This document shows positions 18,893-27,433 of a DNA stretch of 37,765 nucleotides, piece by piece. The stretch is from IMG/VR virus record IMGVR_UViG_643348545_000015, positions 1-37,765 of that record. One strand, 5' to 3'. Every line of letters starts with the position of its first letter. Positions within the stretch are counted from its first letter, which is position 1. The notes beneath the pieces were generated by a model, which saw nothing but the letters and a program-made list of their open reading frames with translations, was not told the DNA's origin and did not search any database. The position numbers were made by a program, and so were the translations under genes. This stretch comes from a virus. Taxonomy: Duplodnaviria; Heunggongvirae; Uroviricota; Caudoviricetes.

Positions 18893-19951
18893 TTACGCTC
18901 CGGTTTCGGCTGCGGCGGCGCTGAAATCACCAATCTGGATGTTTTCCACCAGTGCGGCACAGCGGTAGTCCTCAACCACATAGGCTTCGTTAACGGATTC
19001 AAAGTTTTCAATCCGGTCACGTTTCGGGTTGTCGATAACTGAACGGCGGCGGGTGTCTTCCTGCCAGTAGATGGACAGGTTATCCAGACGGGTGATCAGC
19101 AGCGCATTCGGCGGGAAGAACGGCGCACGCACGGCCTGCAGGCCACCCATGCGTTTCTGACTGATGATCATATCGGCAGCCAGTTTTTCACTGTTTTCCT
19201 GCTCTTTGTTGACCAGCGGGAAATACTTGTCAGACAGCAGTTCACGACCGCAAATCACCACCAGATCGTCATCGTCCTGGTAGACCACGTCGATAAGCTC
19301 ATTGACGGCATCCATCACCACGGCGTCCAGGTTGGCATATTCGCCACCTTTCCCGACTTTCACTGCGCCCGGTGTGGTTTCACCGCCCGTGGTGGTGCTG
19401 CCCATGACGTGATCCGGTGCATCCTCACGGATTTTCTGCAGCCAGCCTTTATTCACATCCTGCAGTAGCGGGTTTTCGCTACGGTTAGAGGTTTTCGCAC
19501 GCTTCACGCCGTTAAAGCCGATCATGATGCGGTCCAGTGCCTGACGTTTCACGATGGCGTTACGGATACGCACCTGGAAATCCTGAAACTTCGCCCACAG
19601 GTCCAGCTTCGCGTAGGTCAGCACCGTGTCAAAGTTGGTCTGTTCGCATTTGTATTCCACATCGACCATCAGCGTCGGATCGACAGGTTCACGCTCTTTC
19701 GCGGTGGTGTCAGTGGTTCCGGCAATGGTGCTGCCAACACCCAGCCCCAGCAGCTGACCGGACTGCTCAGTCACTGGCGTGACGTTAATCAGCGTCAGGA
19801 AAGCGGCGGACTGCTGGATCTGGTCTTCCAGCGTCTGCTGCACAGACGGCTCCACAGTGAACTTGCTGGACAGTTCTTCAACTGCCACACCGTTCAGACG
19901 CGCCAGCTGCTGCAGGTAAGCGTTAAAAGCAAAGCGGGTATTCTTCTTCAT
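18893..19951 (-). CDS. N: Major capsid protein N
   Basis: 352 aa MKKNTRFAFNAYLQQLARLNGVAVEEL... Confidence 0.9.
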   Translation of the reverse strand: MKKNTRFAFNAYLQQLARLNGVAVEELSSKFTVEPSVQQTLEDQIQQSAAFLTLINVTPVTEQSGQLLGLGVGSTIAGTTDTTAKEREPVDPTLMVDVEYKCEQTNFDTVLTYAKLDLWAKFQDFQVRIRNAIVKRQALDRIMIGFNGVKRAKTSNRSENPLLQDVNKGWLQKIREDAPDHVMGSTTTGGETTPGAVKVGKGGEYANLDAVVMDAVNELIDVVYQDDDDLVVICGRELLSDKYFPLVNKEQENSEKLAADMIISQKRMGGLQAVRAPFFPPNALLITRLDNLSIYWQEDTRRRSVIDNPKRDRIENFESVNEAYVVEDYRCAALVENIQIGDFSAAAAETGA

Positions 19952-19967
19952 CGGGTTTTATGCTCCA

Positions 19968-20801
19968 TCAGCAATTGGTCAGAGTGTCAGCAGGGGCGTT
20001 ACCGCCTGTTGCACGCTGGCGGTAGTCCTGGCGGCAGTCCTCATGGCTCAGCTTGTCCACCAGTTCGTTAAAGGCGGCCTGTTGTGCCTGCAGGGCAGTC
20101 TCCAACTTAGACAGGCGTTCTTCCTGCTCAGACAGGGATTTTTCGGTGCGTGCGCTCAGGTTTTGCTGCTCAGTGGCGACCAGCTCCACGGCCTTATGCA
20201 CATCAGAGAACCGGGCATCGTCGGACTGCTCTTTTTTGGTGAACAGCGCCGTGACGCGGGCAAACAGGGACGGCTTGTCCTCCTGGATTTCTTCCAGTTC
20301 GATCACCGTTTCCTCTGCGGCGGTAAAGAGATTGGCGGGATTCTGCTTGCGGTTTGCCAGCGGGTTATGGGCTGCACTGGCGCTGAATGTCAGCATTTCC
20401 GTACCCAGACTGGCTGGATCATCAGTGGCGGCCAGGCCAACCAGGTAGGCTTTGCCCGTATCAGCGAACTTCGGGCTGACTTCCATAGAGGTGAATAATT
20501 TCTGGCCTTTTTTCACCAGTTCCACCAGGGACTCCGTTGGCTCAACGTCGGCATACAGTGCCATCTTGCCCGCCAGCGGGCCTTCCGTGATTTCTTCAGC
20601 AAACAGCGCCGTCACCTTGCCGTAGCGGTTAAAGGTGCTGTCCGGCAGATAAGACTTGATGTGCTCAAGGTTAATCAGCGCGGTGTACACCGCCGGGTTG
20701 TAGCTGGCTGCCATCTGTTCCAGCCATTCACGCTGGATTTCGCGTCCGTCGGTGGTGGCACCTTCCACCCCGATGCGAAAACGCTTTGCTTTCACTGTCA
20801 T
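19968..20801 (-). CDS. O: Capsid scaffolding protein O
   Basis: 277 aa MTVKAKRFRIGVEGATTDGREI... Confidence 0.88.
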   Translation of the reverse strand: MTVKAKRFRIGVEGATTDGREIQREWLEQMAASYNPAVYTALINLEHIKSYLPDSTFNRYGKVTALFAEEITEGPLAGKMALYADVEPTESLVELVKKGQKLFTSMEVSPKFADTGKAYLVGLAATDDPASLGTEMLTFSASAAHNPLANRKQNPANLFTAAEETVIELEEIQEDKPSLFARVTALFTKKEQSDDARFSDVHKAVELVATEQQNLSARTEKSLSEQEERLSKLETALQAQQAAFNELVDKLSHEDCRQDYRQRATGGNAPADTLTNC

Positions 20802-20868
20802 GAGCCGTGCTCCGTTAGAAAAAACTTACTGGAGCCTTATGGTTGCGGTGATGGGGGCAGTGAAACAA

Positions 20869-20886
20869 TGCGCGGTATTTGTACCG
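20869..20886. promoter_or_regulatory. Candidate Ogr-dependent late promoter element in the divergent O/P intergenic region
   Basis: TGTACCGACTACCACACA, near-identical to the element upstream of FI. Confidence 0.5.
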
Positions 20887-20943
20887 ACTACCACACAAAC
20901 CGCAGGCGGGGAAAGCCTTCATTCAAGGCTGTAGGTTTGTGCC

Positions 20944-22710
20944 ATGAACACCACACTGACACCCGCAGATCTCGATCCCCGTCGGCAGGCCATGCTGCTG
21001 TACTTTCAGGGATACCGTGTAGCCCGCATTGCTGAAATGCTGGGCGAGAAAGTTGCAACCGTTCACAGCTGGAAGAAACGCGACAAGTGGGGTGACTATG
21101 GGCCGCTGGATCAGATGCAGCTCACCACCGCCGCACGCTACTGCCAGCTCATTATGAAGGAGCACAAAGAAGGGAAAGATTTCAAAGAGATTGACCTGCT
21201 GGCGCGCCAGTCGGAACGCCACGCGCGGATCGGCAAGTTTAACAATGGCGGCAACGAAGCCGACTTACCCCCTAACGTCGCCAACCGCAACAAAGGCCCG
21301 CGCCGTCAGCCGGAAAAGAATGTTTTCACCGATGAGCAGATTGAGAAGCTGGAAGAAATCTTCCATTCCTCCATGTTCAACTACCAGCGCCACTGGTGGG
21401 AAGCCGGAAAAACCAACCGCATCCGCAACCTGCTGAAGTCACGCCAGATCGGCGCGACCTTTTACTTTGCCCGTGAAGCCCTGATTGACGCTCTGCTTAC
21501 CGGACGTAACCAGATTTTCCTTTCCGCCAGCAAGGCACAGGCCCACGTCTTTAAGCAGTACATCATCGACTTCGCCAAAGAAGTGGAAGTGGAGCTGAAA
21601 GGCGATCCGATGGTGCTTCCCAACGGGGCCACACTGTATTTCCTCGGCACCAATGCCCGCACGGCCCAGAGTTACCACGGCAACCTGTATCTGGATGAAT
21701 ATTTCTGGATACCGAAATTCCAGGAGCTGCGCAAAGTGGCTTCCGGTATGGCTATTCACAAAAAATGGCGACAAACCTATTTTTCCACGCCATCCAGCCT
21801 GACACACAGTGCTTATCCGTTCTGGTCCGGTGCGCTATTCAACCGTGGGCGCAATAAAGCCGACAAGGTGGACATCGACCTGTCCCACAGCAATCTGGCT
21901 CCAGGCCTGCTGTGTGCAGACGGGCAATACCGCCAGATAGTCACCGTGGAAGATGCGGTGCGCGGCGGCTGTAACCTGTTCGACCTTGACCAGTTGCGCA
22001 TGGAATACAGCCCGGACGAATACCAGAACCTGCTGATGTGTGAATTCGTGGACGATCTCGCGTCCGTATTTCCGCTCAGCGAGCTGCAGGCATGCATGGT
22101 GGACAGTTGGGAAGTCTGGACCGACTTTCATGCACTGGCCCTGCGCCCGTTTGGCTGGCGAGAAGTGTGGATCGGTTATGACCCGGCAAAAGGTACGCAG
22201 AACGGCGACAGCGCCGGATGCGTGGTGGTGGCACCGCCAGCCGTGCCAGGCGGTAAGTTTCGCATTCTTGAGCGTCACCAGTGGCGCGGGATGGACTTCC
22301 GCGCCCAGGCTGACGCCATCAAAAAACTGACCGAACAGTACAACGTGACCTATATCGGTATCGACTCGACAGGTGTCGGTCACGGAGTTTACGAGAACGT
22401 GAAAGCGTTCTTTCCTGCCGTCCGGGAGTTTGTCTACAACCCCAACGTTAAAAATGCCCTGGTACTCAAGGCCTACGACATTATCAGCCACCGCCGTCTG
22501 GAGTTTGACGCCGGGCACACCGACATTGCGCAGTCATTCATGGCAATCCGTCGTGCCACCACCGCCAGTGGCAACCGCCCGACCTATGAAGCCAGCCGCA
22601 GCGAAGAAGCCAGCCACGCCGATCTGGCCTGGGCAACAATGCACGCACTGTTTAACGAACCGCTGCAGGGCGAGTCCGCCAATACCAGCAATATTGTGGA
22701 GATTTTTTGA
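20944..22710 (+). CDS. P: Terminase large (ATPase) subunit P
   Basis: 588 aa MNTTLTPADLDPRRQAMLLYFQGYRVARIAEMLGEK... Confidence 0.92.
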   Translation: MNTTLTPADLDPRRQAMLLYFQGYRVARIAEMLGEKVATVHSWKKRDKWGDYGPLDQMQLTTAARYCQLIMKEHKEGKDFKEIDLLARQSERHARIGKFNNGGNEADLPPNVANRNKGPRRQPEKNVFTDEQIEKLEEIFHSSMFNYQRHWWEAGKTNRIRNLLKSRQIGATFYFAREALIDALLTGRNQIFLSASKAQAHVFKQYIIDFAKEVEVELKGDPMVLPNGATLYFLGTNARTAQSYHGNLYLDEYFWIPKFQELRKVASGMAIHKKWRQTYFSTPSSLTHSAYPFWSGALFNRGRNKADKVDIDLSHSNLAPGLLCADGQYRQIVTVEDAVRGGCNLFDLDQLRMEYSPDEYQNLLMCEFVDDLASVFPLSELQACMVDSWEVWTDFHALALRPFGWREVWIGYDPAKGTQNGDSAGCVVVAPPAVPGGKFRILERHQWRGMDFRAQADAIKKLTEQYNVTYIGIDSTGVGHGVYENVKAFFPAVREFVYNPNVKNALVLKAYDIISHRRLEFDAGHTDIAQSFMAIRRATTASGNRPTYEASRSEEASHADLAWATMHALFNEPLQGESANTSNIVEIF

Positions 22711-23744
22711 TGGGAAAGAGTAAGAAAAACCGCGCTGCGGCGACGAATCAGATCCAGCATAAAAACCAGACTTCAGCCGAAGCATTCAGCTTCGGTGATC
22801 CCGTTCCAGTACTTGACCGCCGCGAACTGCTGGACTATGTGGAATGTGTTCAGACAGATCGCTGGTATGAGCCTCCCGTCAGCTTTGACGGACTGGCGCG
22901 CACCTTCCGCGCTGCCGTGCATCACAGTTCCCCGATTGCAGTAAAGTGCAACATTCTGACCAGTACCTATATCCCTCATCCGCTGCTCAGCCAACAGGCT
23001 TTTTCGCGTTTTGTGCAGGACTATCTGGTATTTGGTAACGCCTACCTGGAGAAACGCACGAACCGATTCGGTGAAGTTATCGCCCTTGAGCCTGCGCTGG
23101 CAAAATACACCCGACGCGGGTTAGACCTGGATACCTACTGGTTTGTGCAATACGGTATGACAACCCAGCCGTATCAGTTCACGAAAGGCAGCATTTTTCA
23201 TCTGATGGAACCGGACATCAACCAGGAGATCTACGGCCTGCCCGGCTATCTTTCTGCCATTCCATCCGCCCTGCTCAACGAATCCGCCACGCTGTTCCGC
23301 CGTAAGTATTACATCAACGGTAGTCATGCAGGCTTCATCATGTACATGACCGACGCCGCGCAGAATCAGGAGGATGTGAACAACCTCCGCAACGCGATGA
23401 AAAGCGCCAAAGGTCCAGGCAACTTCCGCAATCTGTTTATGTACTCGCCTAACGGCAAAAAGGACGGACTTCAGATTATCCCGTTGTCAGAAGTCGCAGC
23501 GAAGGATGAATTTCTTAACATCAAGAACGTGAGTCGGGATGACATGATGGCAGCGCACCGCGTGCCGCCGCAAATGATGGGGATTATGCCGAATAATGTT
23601 GGGGGGTTTGGGGATGTCGAAAAGGCGAGTCATGTATTTGTTCGTAACGAGTTAATTCCATTACAAAAAAGGCTAATTGAATTAAATGAATGGCTTAATG
23701 ACGAAATTATTCGTTTTGACGAATATAAATTAGGCAATACTTGA
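22710..23744 (+). CDS. Q: Portal protein Q
   Basis: 344 aa from the ATG overlapping the P stop (TGATG); the ORF track begins at TTG 22707. Confidence 0.9.
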   Translation: MGKSKKNRAAATNQIQHKNQTSAEAFSFGDPVPVLDRRELLDYVECVQTDRWYEPPVSFDGLARTFRAAVHHSSPIAVKCNILTSTYIPHPLLSQQAFSRFVQDYLVFGNAYLEKRTNRFGEVIALEPALAKYTRRGLDLDTYWFVQYGMTTQPYQFTKGSIFHLMEPDINQEIYGLPGYLSAIPSALLNESATLFRRKYYINGSHAGFIMYMTDAAQNQEDVNNLRNAMKSAKGPGNFRNLFMYSPNGKKDGLQIIPLSEVAAKDEFLNIKNVSRDDMMAAHRVPPQMMGIMPNNVGGFGDVEKASHVFVRNELIPLQKRLIELNEWLNDEIIRFDEYKLGNT

Positions 23745-23753
23745 TTAAAGCCT

Positions 23754-23787
23754 GTTTAAACTGGCTGTCGGAACAGCCAGTTTAAAC
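23754..23787. terminator. Bidirectional hairpin between Q and the convergent cargo operon
   Basis: Perfect 15-bp stem GTTTAAACTGGCTGT / ACAGCCAGTTTAAAC with loop CGGA. Confidence 0.55.
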
Positions 23788-24630
23788 ACCGGCACCAATG
23801 AAATCGCCATATGAATCTTCTTCAAGGCTGATGTATTCTACCCTCCATTGATCCATCCGCCTCAATGCATACAGGGAGAAATGAGTATCAGCAACAGCTA
23901 TGCACGTATTCAATTCTATAAGTTCTGAATGCCCCAAGGTTGGATCACCATAAAACTTATAAAACAAAGCCTTTAGATCAGAACATGTTTGTTCAGCCGC
24001 TCTTCTGGCATCGGGGCCACCTTCAGTTGCATCATAAACAACATTGATAGAAAGCTCATATGGTATGCCTTCCTCAAGATCGTTAAATCTTTCTTCGCCC
24101 AAATCGAAAAAAACTCCGATCAAATGCTCTGCGTTTGTGGCGATAATATCCGCAACTTCTTTTTCGAAAATAAACTTTTTATCCTCGTCGTAAGCCCGCA
24201 AGCGCTCTTCAAACGAGTTAGGAAACGCTGGACGACCATACTTAGCAGCTAACCATTGCTTAAGAGCTTGTTTCTCTTCTGTGCTAATGGAGAATGCTGG
24301 ATCGTTTTCCTCACAACAGAAAGCTTCTTTAGGAATGATGACTTTCCTTTCATGCCGGAGCTCTACTGCATTCTTCTTCGCACTTTCTGGGTTTTCAAAA
24401 CATAGATCGAGTATTCTCGGATGCTTAGCTCTTTTCATCCTGCTTGACCCCTTTTTCAAGGGGCCAAACATCAGTTCCACGTTTTTTTCTGAATTACTCT
24501 GTAAATCACAATCATGCGTTATAACTACAACTTTATGGTTCGTTTCATCAGGCTGCAGAATTCCAAGTGAAACGGCATCATCATGTTTAAGTACATGCCC
24601 CTGACGCCATGATGTTCCTCGTACCAACAT
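23782..24630 (-). CDS. Hypothetical protein, cargo operon gene 3
   Basis: 282 aa; ATG 9 nt after the gene 2 stop; no motif I can assign by eye; AT-rich codon usage. Confidence 0.6.
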   Translation of the reverse strand: MLVRGTSWRQGHVLKHDDAVSLGILQPDETNHKVVVITHDCDLQSNSEKNVELMFGPLKKGSSRMKRAKHPRILDLCFENPESAKKNAVELRHERKVIIPKEAFCCEENDPAFSISTEEKQALKQWLAAKYGRPAFPNSFEERLRAYDEDKKFIFEKEVADIIATNAEHLIGVFFDLGEERFNDLEEGIPYELSINVVYDATEGGPDARRAAEQTCSDLKALFYKFYGDPTLGHSELIELNTCIAVADTHFSLYALRRMDQWRVEYISLEEDSYGDFIGAGV

Positions 24631-24639
24631 AAATGTGAT

Positions 24640-25302
24640 TTATTCCTCTACCGTTCCAGGAATTGAAATAGATGACTTCCAATCATCTGTCGGTTTCGCC
24701 TTGCTTGCTAAGTAATTGGCCGATTCAGCAGCAGCATTCATCGCTTTAGCTTCATCAATCAATACCTGAACTGCCCTATTCCAATCCTCACCTTCTTTTA
24801 CTACGTCCATTAATGACTTACCATTAAATGCTTTCATTTTCACCAATAGCTTCGCATCATGGAGTCCAGCTTTGGAAAAAGAGTCAGCGACATTACTAAG
24901 GTTGGTAATGAATTGCACTTTTGAAGCATCATCAGGCTGGTTCTCCCCTGACAACCATTTATAGAGAGCCTGCCGAGTTATCCCCAAATCCTTTGCCAGT
25001 TCTGACATTGATGGAGACAGCACTTCTCGAATATTAGCTAAATGTTGGGCAACATTCCTGACATCAACCTCAGGAGAAATTGCAGGCGTGTACGTTGATT
25101 CTATGGAATCAAATGCAAACTGAACCCTTGGCTGAACATACTGACGCCATTGCTTATAAGCATTTACAGGGTATGAAGCCCCCGTACCAACTAATAGTAA
25201 AGATGCGGCGACAGCAACAACACCTGATACACATGAGCTTGACTGCAAATTTGGAGAATATCGATCTACAGAGCCTATGCTTCCGGTGGGAATTGCATAC
25301 AT
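24640..25302 (-). CDS. Hypothetical protein with N-terminal hydrophobic helix and HTH motif, cargo operon gene 2
   Basis: Start MYAIPTG... 7 nt after GGAGGTGA; hydrophobic CVSGVVAVAASLLLVGTGASY; HTH-like SMSELAKDLGITRQALYKWLSGE. Confidence 0.6.
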   Translation of the reverse strand: MYAIPTGSIGSVDRYSPNLQSSSCVSGVVAVAASLLLVGTGASYPVNAYKQWRQYVQPRVQFAFDSIESTYTPAISPEVDVRNVAQHLANIREVLSPSMSELAKDLGITRQALYKWLSGENQPDDASKVQFITNLSNVADSFSKAGLHDAKLLVKMKAFNGKSLMDVVKEGEDWNRAVQVLIDEAKAMNAAAESANYLASKAKPTDDWKSSISIPGTVEE

Positions 25303-25321
25303 TTTAGTCACCTCCGTTGTT

Positions 25322-26131
25322 TCAGTGCCATTTAGTACGGGCAAAATCTGAAACCATGCCTTCAAATGCTTCTTTAACTTTACTATGCAACGAAAGAATC
25401 TGTTTTTCAATTAACTGCAAATCAGTTGACATGTTGCCTTCAACATAATGATCTGTATCAATTATTGCGTGCATACGATGCTCTGTGTTACTAAATCTCG
25501 GCAACGGCAGTAAACCATTAGGAATCATATCTGGCGGAAAACCTAGCTGACCATTCATCTTATGTATTCGTGAAACCATAAATCCATTAGGGATCAATGG
25601 CTCAACACATGTCTGATATACGGACTCTTGTATAGACTGTATTGGCGTCCATCCGAAATCAACACCATGAAGTTCCTTTACAAGATACTGCTCAATTGTT
25701 TCGCTTTTCTCAGGAAACACAGCATCCAAATATCGAAGCCCAATCCGACTTAACAGCGATGGCTTAGCAAATTCTAGAACTTTGCTCAGACCAAGTATCA
25801 ATGACGAGATGAAAGATACATGGTTATCATAATATGTTGTATGGAACGTAATGAAATCGTTGCCTAAAACAAAACCAGATCTTCTATCTGCATCAATCAT
25901 CAACCAACTTGTCACAGGCTCAAATGAATGTACCGGTGGCTCATTGGGGTTTTTTATTTCAAATTTCAACTGAGTTGTATTGGAAACCTCAAATAAAGGA
26001 AATCCCTCAACTCTTAGCGCATCTTGTATGTCTGGAACATACTTACTCATTGCAGCTATTGGAGTAAACTTTACCTGTACCAATGCATAGTAAACGGGCG
26101 CATTGGACATACGTTCGCTGTTAGTACTCAT
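25322..26131 (-). CDS. Hypothetical protein, cargo operon gene 1
   Basis: 269 aa, RBS AAGGAGG before the ATG. The N-terminal pattern NAPVYYALVQVKF is vaguely reminiscent (from memory, unverified) of the uncharacterised TIGR04255 family. Confidence 0.6.
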   Translation of the reverse strand: MSTNSERMSNAPVYYALVQVKFTPIAAMSKYVPDIQDALRVEGFPLFEVSNTTQLKFEIKNPNEPPVHSFEPVTSWLMIDADRRSGFVLGNDFITFHTTYYDNHVSFISSLILGLSKVLEFAKPSLLSRIGLRYLDAVFPEKSETIEQYLVKELHGVDFGWTPIQSIQESVYQTCVEPLIPNGFMVSRIHKMNGQLGFPPDMIPNGLLPLPRFSNTEHRMHAIIDTDHYVEGNMSTDLQLIEKQILSLHSKVKEAFEGMVSDFARTKWH

Positions 26132-26271
26132 GCCGCCCTCCTTGAAATTGTTTCATCTCATATCTCTTTATCTTACTAACTGTAGTTTACACATAGGTTG
26201 ACACTTTCTCCATCATTAAGTTCACTATGACATCAATAGCCAAAACTCTTACGTAATCGCTTCGGCGCGCG

Positions 26272-26290
26272 CTCGTATCCCCGCCACGCC
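26272..26290 (-). other. Candidate cos site (cohesive-end sequence)
   Basis: Minus strand reads GGCGTGGCGGGGATACGAG. The first 13 nt match my recollection of the P2/186 19-nt cohesive end (GGCG[A/T]GGCGGGGAAAGCA[C/T]); orientation puts Q on the correct side. Confidence 0.35.
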
Positions 26291-26494
26291 TGCCCGCTTT
26301 ATGTAGTGGTTTTCATGCACCTGCATGATCTACGCAAAAGCCCACCAGTTCTGGCGGGCCTTAGCAAAAACGATCCTCAAACGATCATGCGATCTCATGC
26401 GGCATAGACATGCACTACAGAGCTAACGCCTCGCAAGGGCTCGTTGTTCAACCTTGCTGACGCCAGAAACAAGTTCAGACGCCAGCAACGTTTC

Positions 26495-26728
26495 TTAATG
26501 CAGCCAGCTGTCGTCTTCCCACACCTTCTGCATAATTTTCATCACTTGCTTCCTTTCTTCGTCCAGTTGCAGTCCGGTCAGTTCCACACCGTTAGAGCTA
26601 CCTTTGCGGATACGAATTACCGTTTTGGGATACAGGGGGCGCAGATTACGGTAAAGCTCGGATTCAAGGGCGTCCAGGGTAGACTGGCTAATCTTCTGCT
26701 CTTTATCGATCATTATTTCAATGCGCAT
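26495..26728 (-). CDS. dinI: DinI-family protein
   Basis: 77 aa MRIEIMIDKEQKISQSTLDALESELYRNLRPLYP...WEDDSWLH, resembling E. coli DinI; RBS GAGGTGA. Confidence 0.8.
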   Translation of the reverse strand: MRIEIMIDKEQKISQSTLDALESELYRNLRPLYPKTVIRIRKGSSNGVELTGLQLDEERKQVMKIMQKVWEDDSWLH

Positions 26729-26738
26729 AAAAGTCACC

Positions 26739-26927
26739 TCAGCTGATGACATCCATTGAGCGGTTGTATTCGTGGCTTCTGATTTTTGCCATGAGTTCAT
26801 CAGTCAATTCAGAAACCCACTGCAGAGCCAGTCCCTTCTCTTCATCACTACACTCACTGGCCGCTACAAGCTTAAGAAAAAAATCAATGCGCTGGAGCTT
26901 CAAAGACTCCAAAAAATAGTCCTGCAT
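26739..26927 (-). CDS. Small hypothetical protein, first gene of the LexA-box operon
   Basis: 62-aa ORF with RBS GGAGGAAAG, 10 nt upstream of the dinI-like gene; function unknown. Confidence 0.5.
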   Translation of the reverse strand: MQDYFLESLKLQRIDFFLKLVAASECSDEEKGLALQWVSELTDELMAKIRSHEYNRSMDVIS

Positions 26928-26970
26928 CTTTCCTCCTATGACACCACACGCAATACTGTATGTATAACCA

Positions 26971-26986
26971 CTGTTTATAATTACAG
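26971..26986. promoter_or_regulatory. LexA (SOS) box
   Basis: CTGTTTATAATTACAG, a perfect CTGT-N8-ACAG, 44-59 nt upstream of the 62-aa ORF. Confidence 0.7.
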
Positions 26987-27080
26987 TATATAATAATCTT
27001 ACTGATGTAAAACGTTTTTTTACGTTTATCAGCCTGATATGCCTGGTATTATTAAGAGCACGAATGGTTAACCATCGTAA

Positions 27081-27377
27081 TTAATACAGGTTTCGCCACT
27101 TATCATCTTCCTGCAAACGCTGGTTCCGATAGAAGATACGCAGGCCTGCTCCTGACGAAATACTGCCGCCGCGAAGGAGTAAATCGACCTCTTTCTCGCT
27201 ACCATCAAACCCTCTGGACTTCAGCTCATACACGAGCTGCTGTCGCTGATGGTCTGTAATTCGCTGTTTGTAGTCTTTACACCGTTTCGGTTTAACCAGG
27301 TGTAACCTTGCTGCCAGTTCCCGGCGTTCTTTTTTGCTCATACTGTGCAGGTAATCGTGCAACTCCTTGTCATCCAT
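27081..27377 (-). CDS. Hypothetical charged protein downstream of A
   Basis: ORF-track frame 27081-27437 opens at a TTG overlapping the A stop; first ATG at 27377 ([13 protein letters not shown]...). No clear RBS, so the call is uncertain. Confidence 0.35.
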   Translation of the reverse strand: MDDKELHDYLHSMSKKERRELAARLHLVKPKRCKDYKQRITDHQRQQLVYELKSRGFDGSEKEVDLLLRGGSISSGAGLRIFYRNQRLQEDDKWRNLY

Positions 27378-27433
27378 GCGGGTGATATCCGTTCTGGTAT
27401 CCCCATCAGCTGATTTGTCTTTCCCTTGTTGGT

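Noticed and set aside
20893-20905. cos site between O and P
   Set aside because: The motif AGGCGGGGAAAGC resembles the cohesive-end core, but its position between the divergent late operons and its orientation are incompatible with P2-type packaging; kept only as a note under the cos finding.
24640-25410. Longer 256-aa version of cargo gene 2 starting MKNRFFRC
   Set aside because: The extension overlaps the 3' end of gene 1 and has no RBS, whereas the internal ATG at 25302 follows GGAGGTGA by 7 nt.
26495-26800. 101-aa version of the DinI-like ORF
   Set aside because: The DinI homology starts at MRIEIM and that ATG has its own RBS; the upstream extension overlaps the preceding small ORF.
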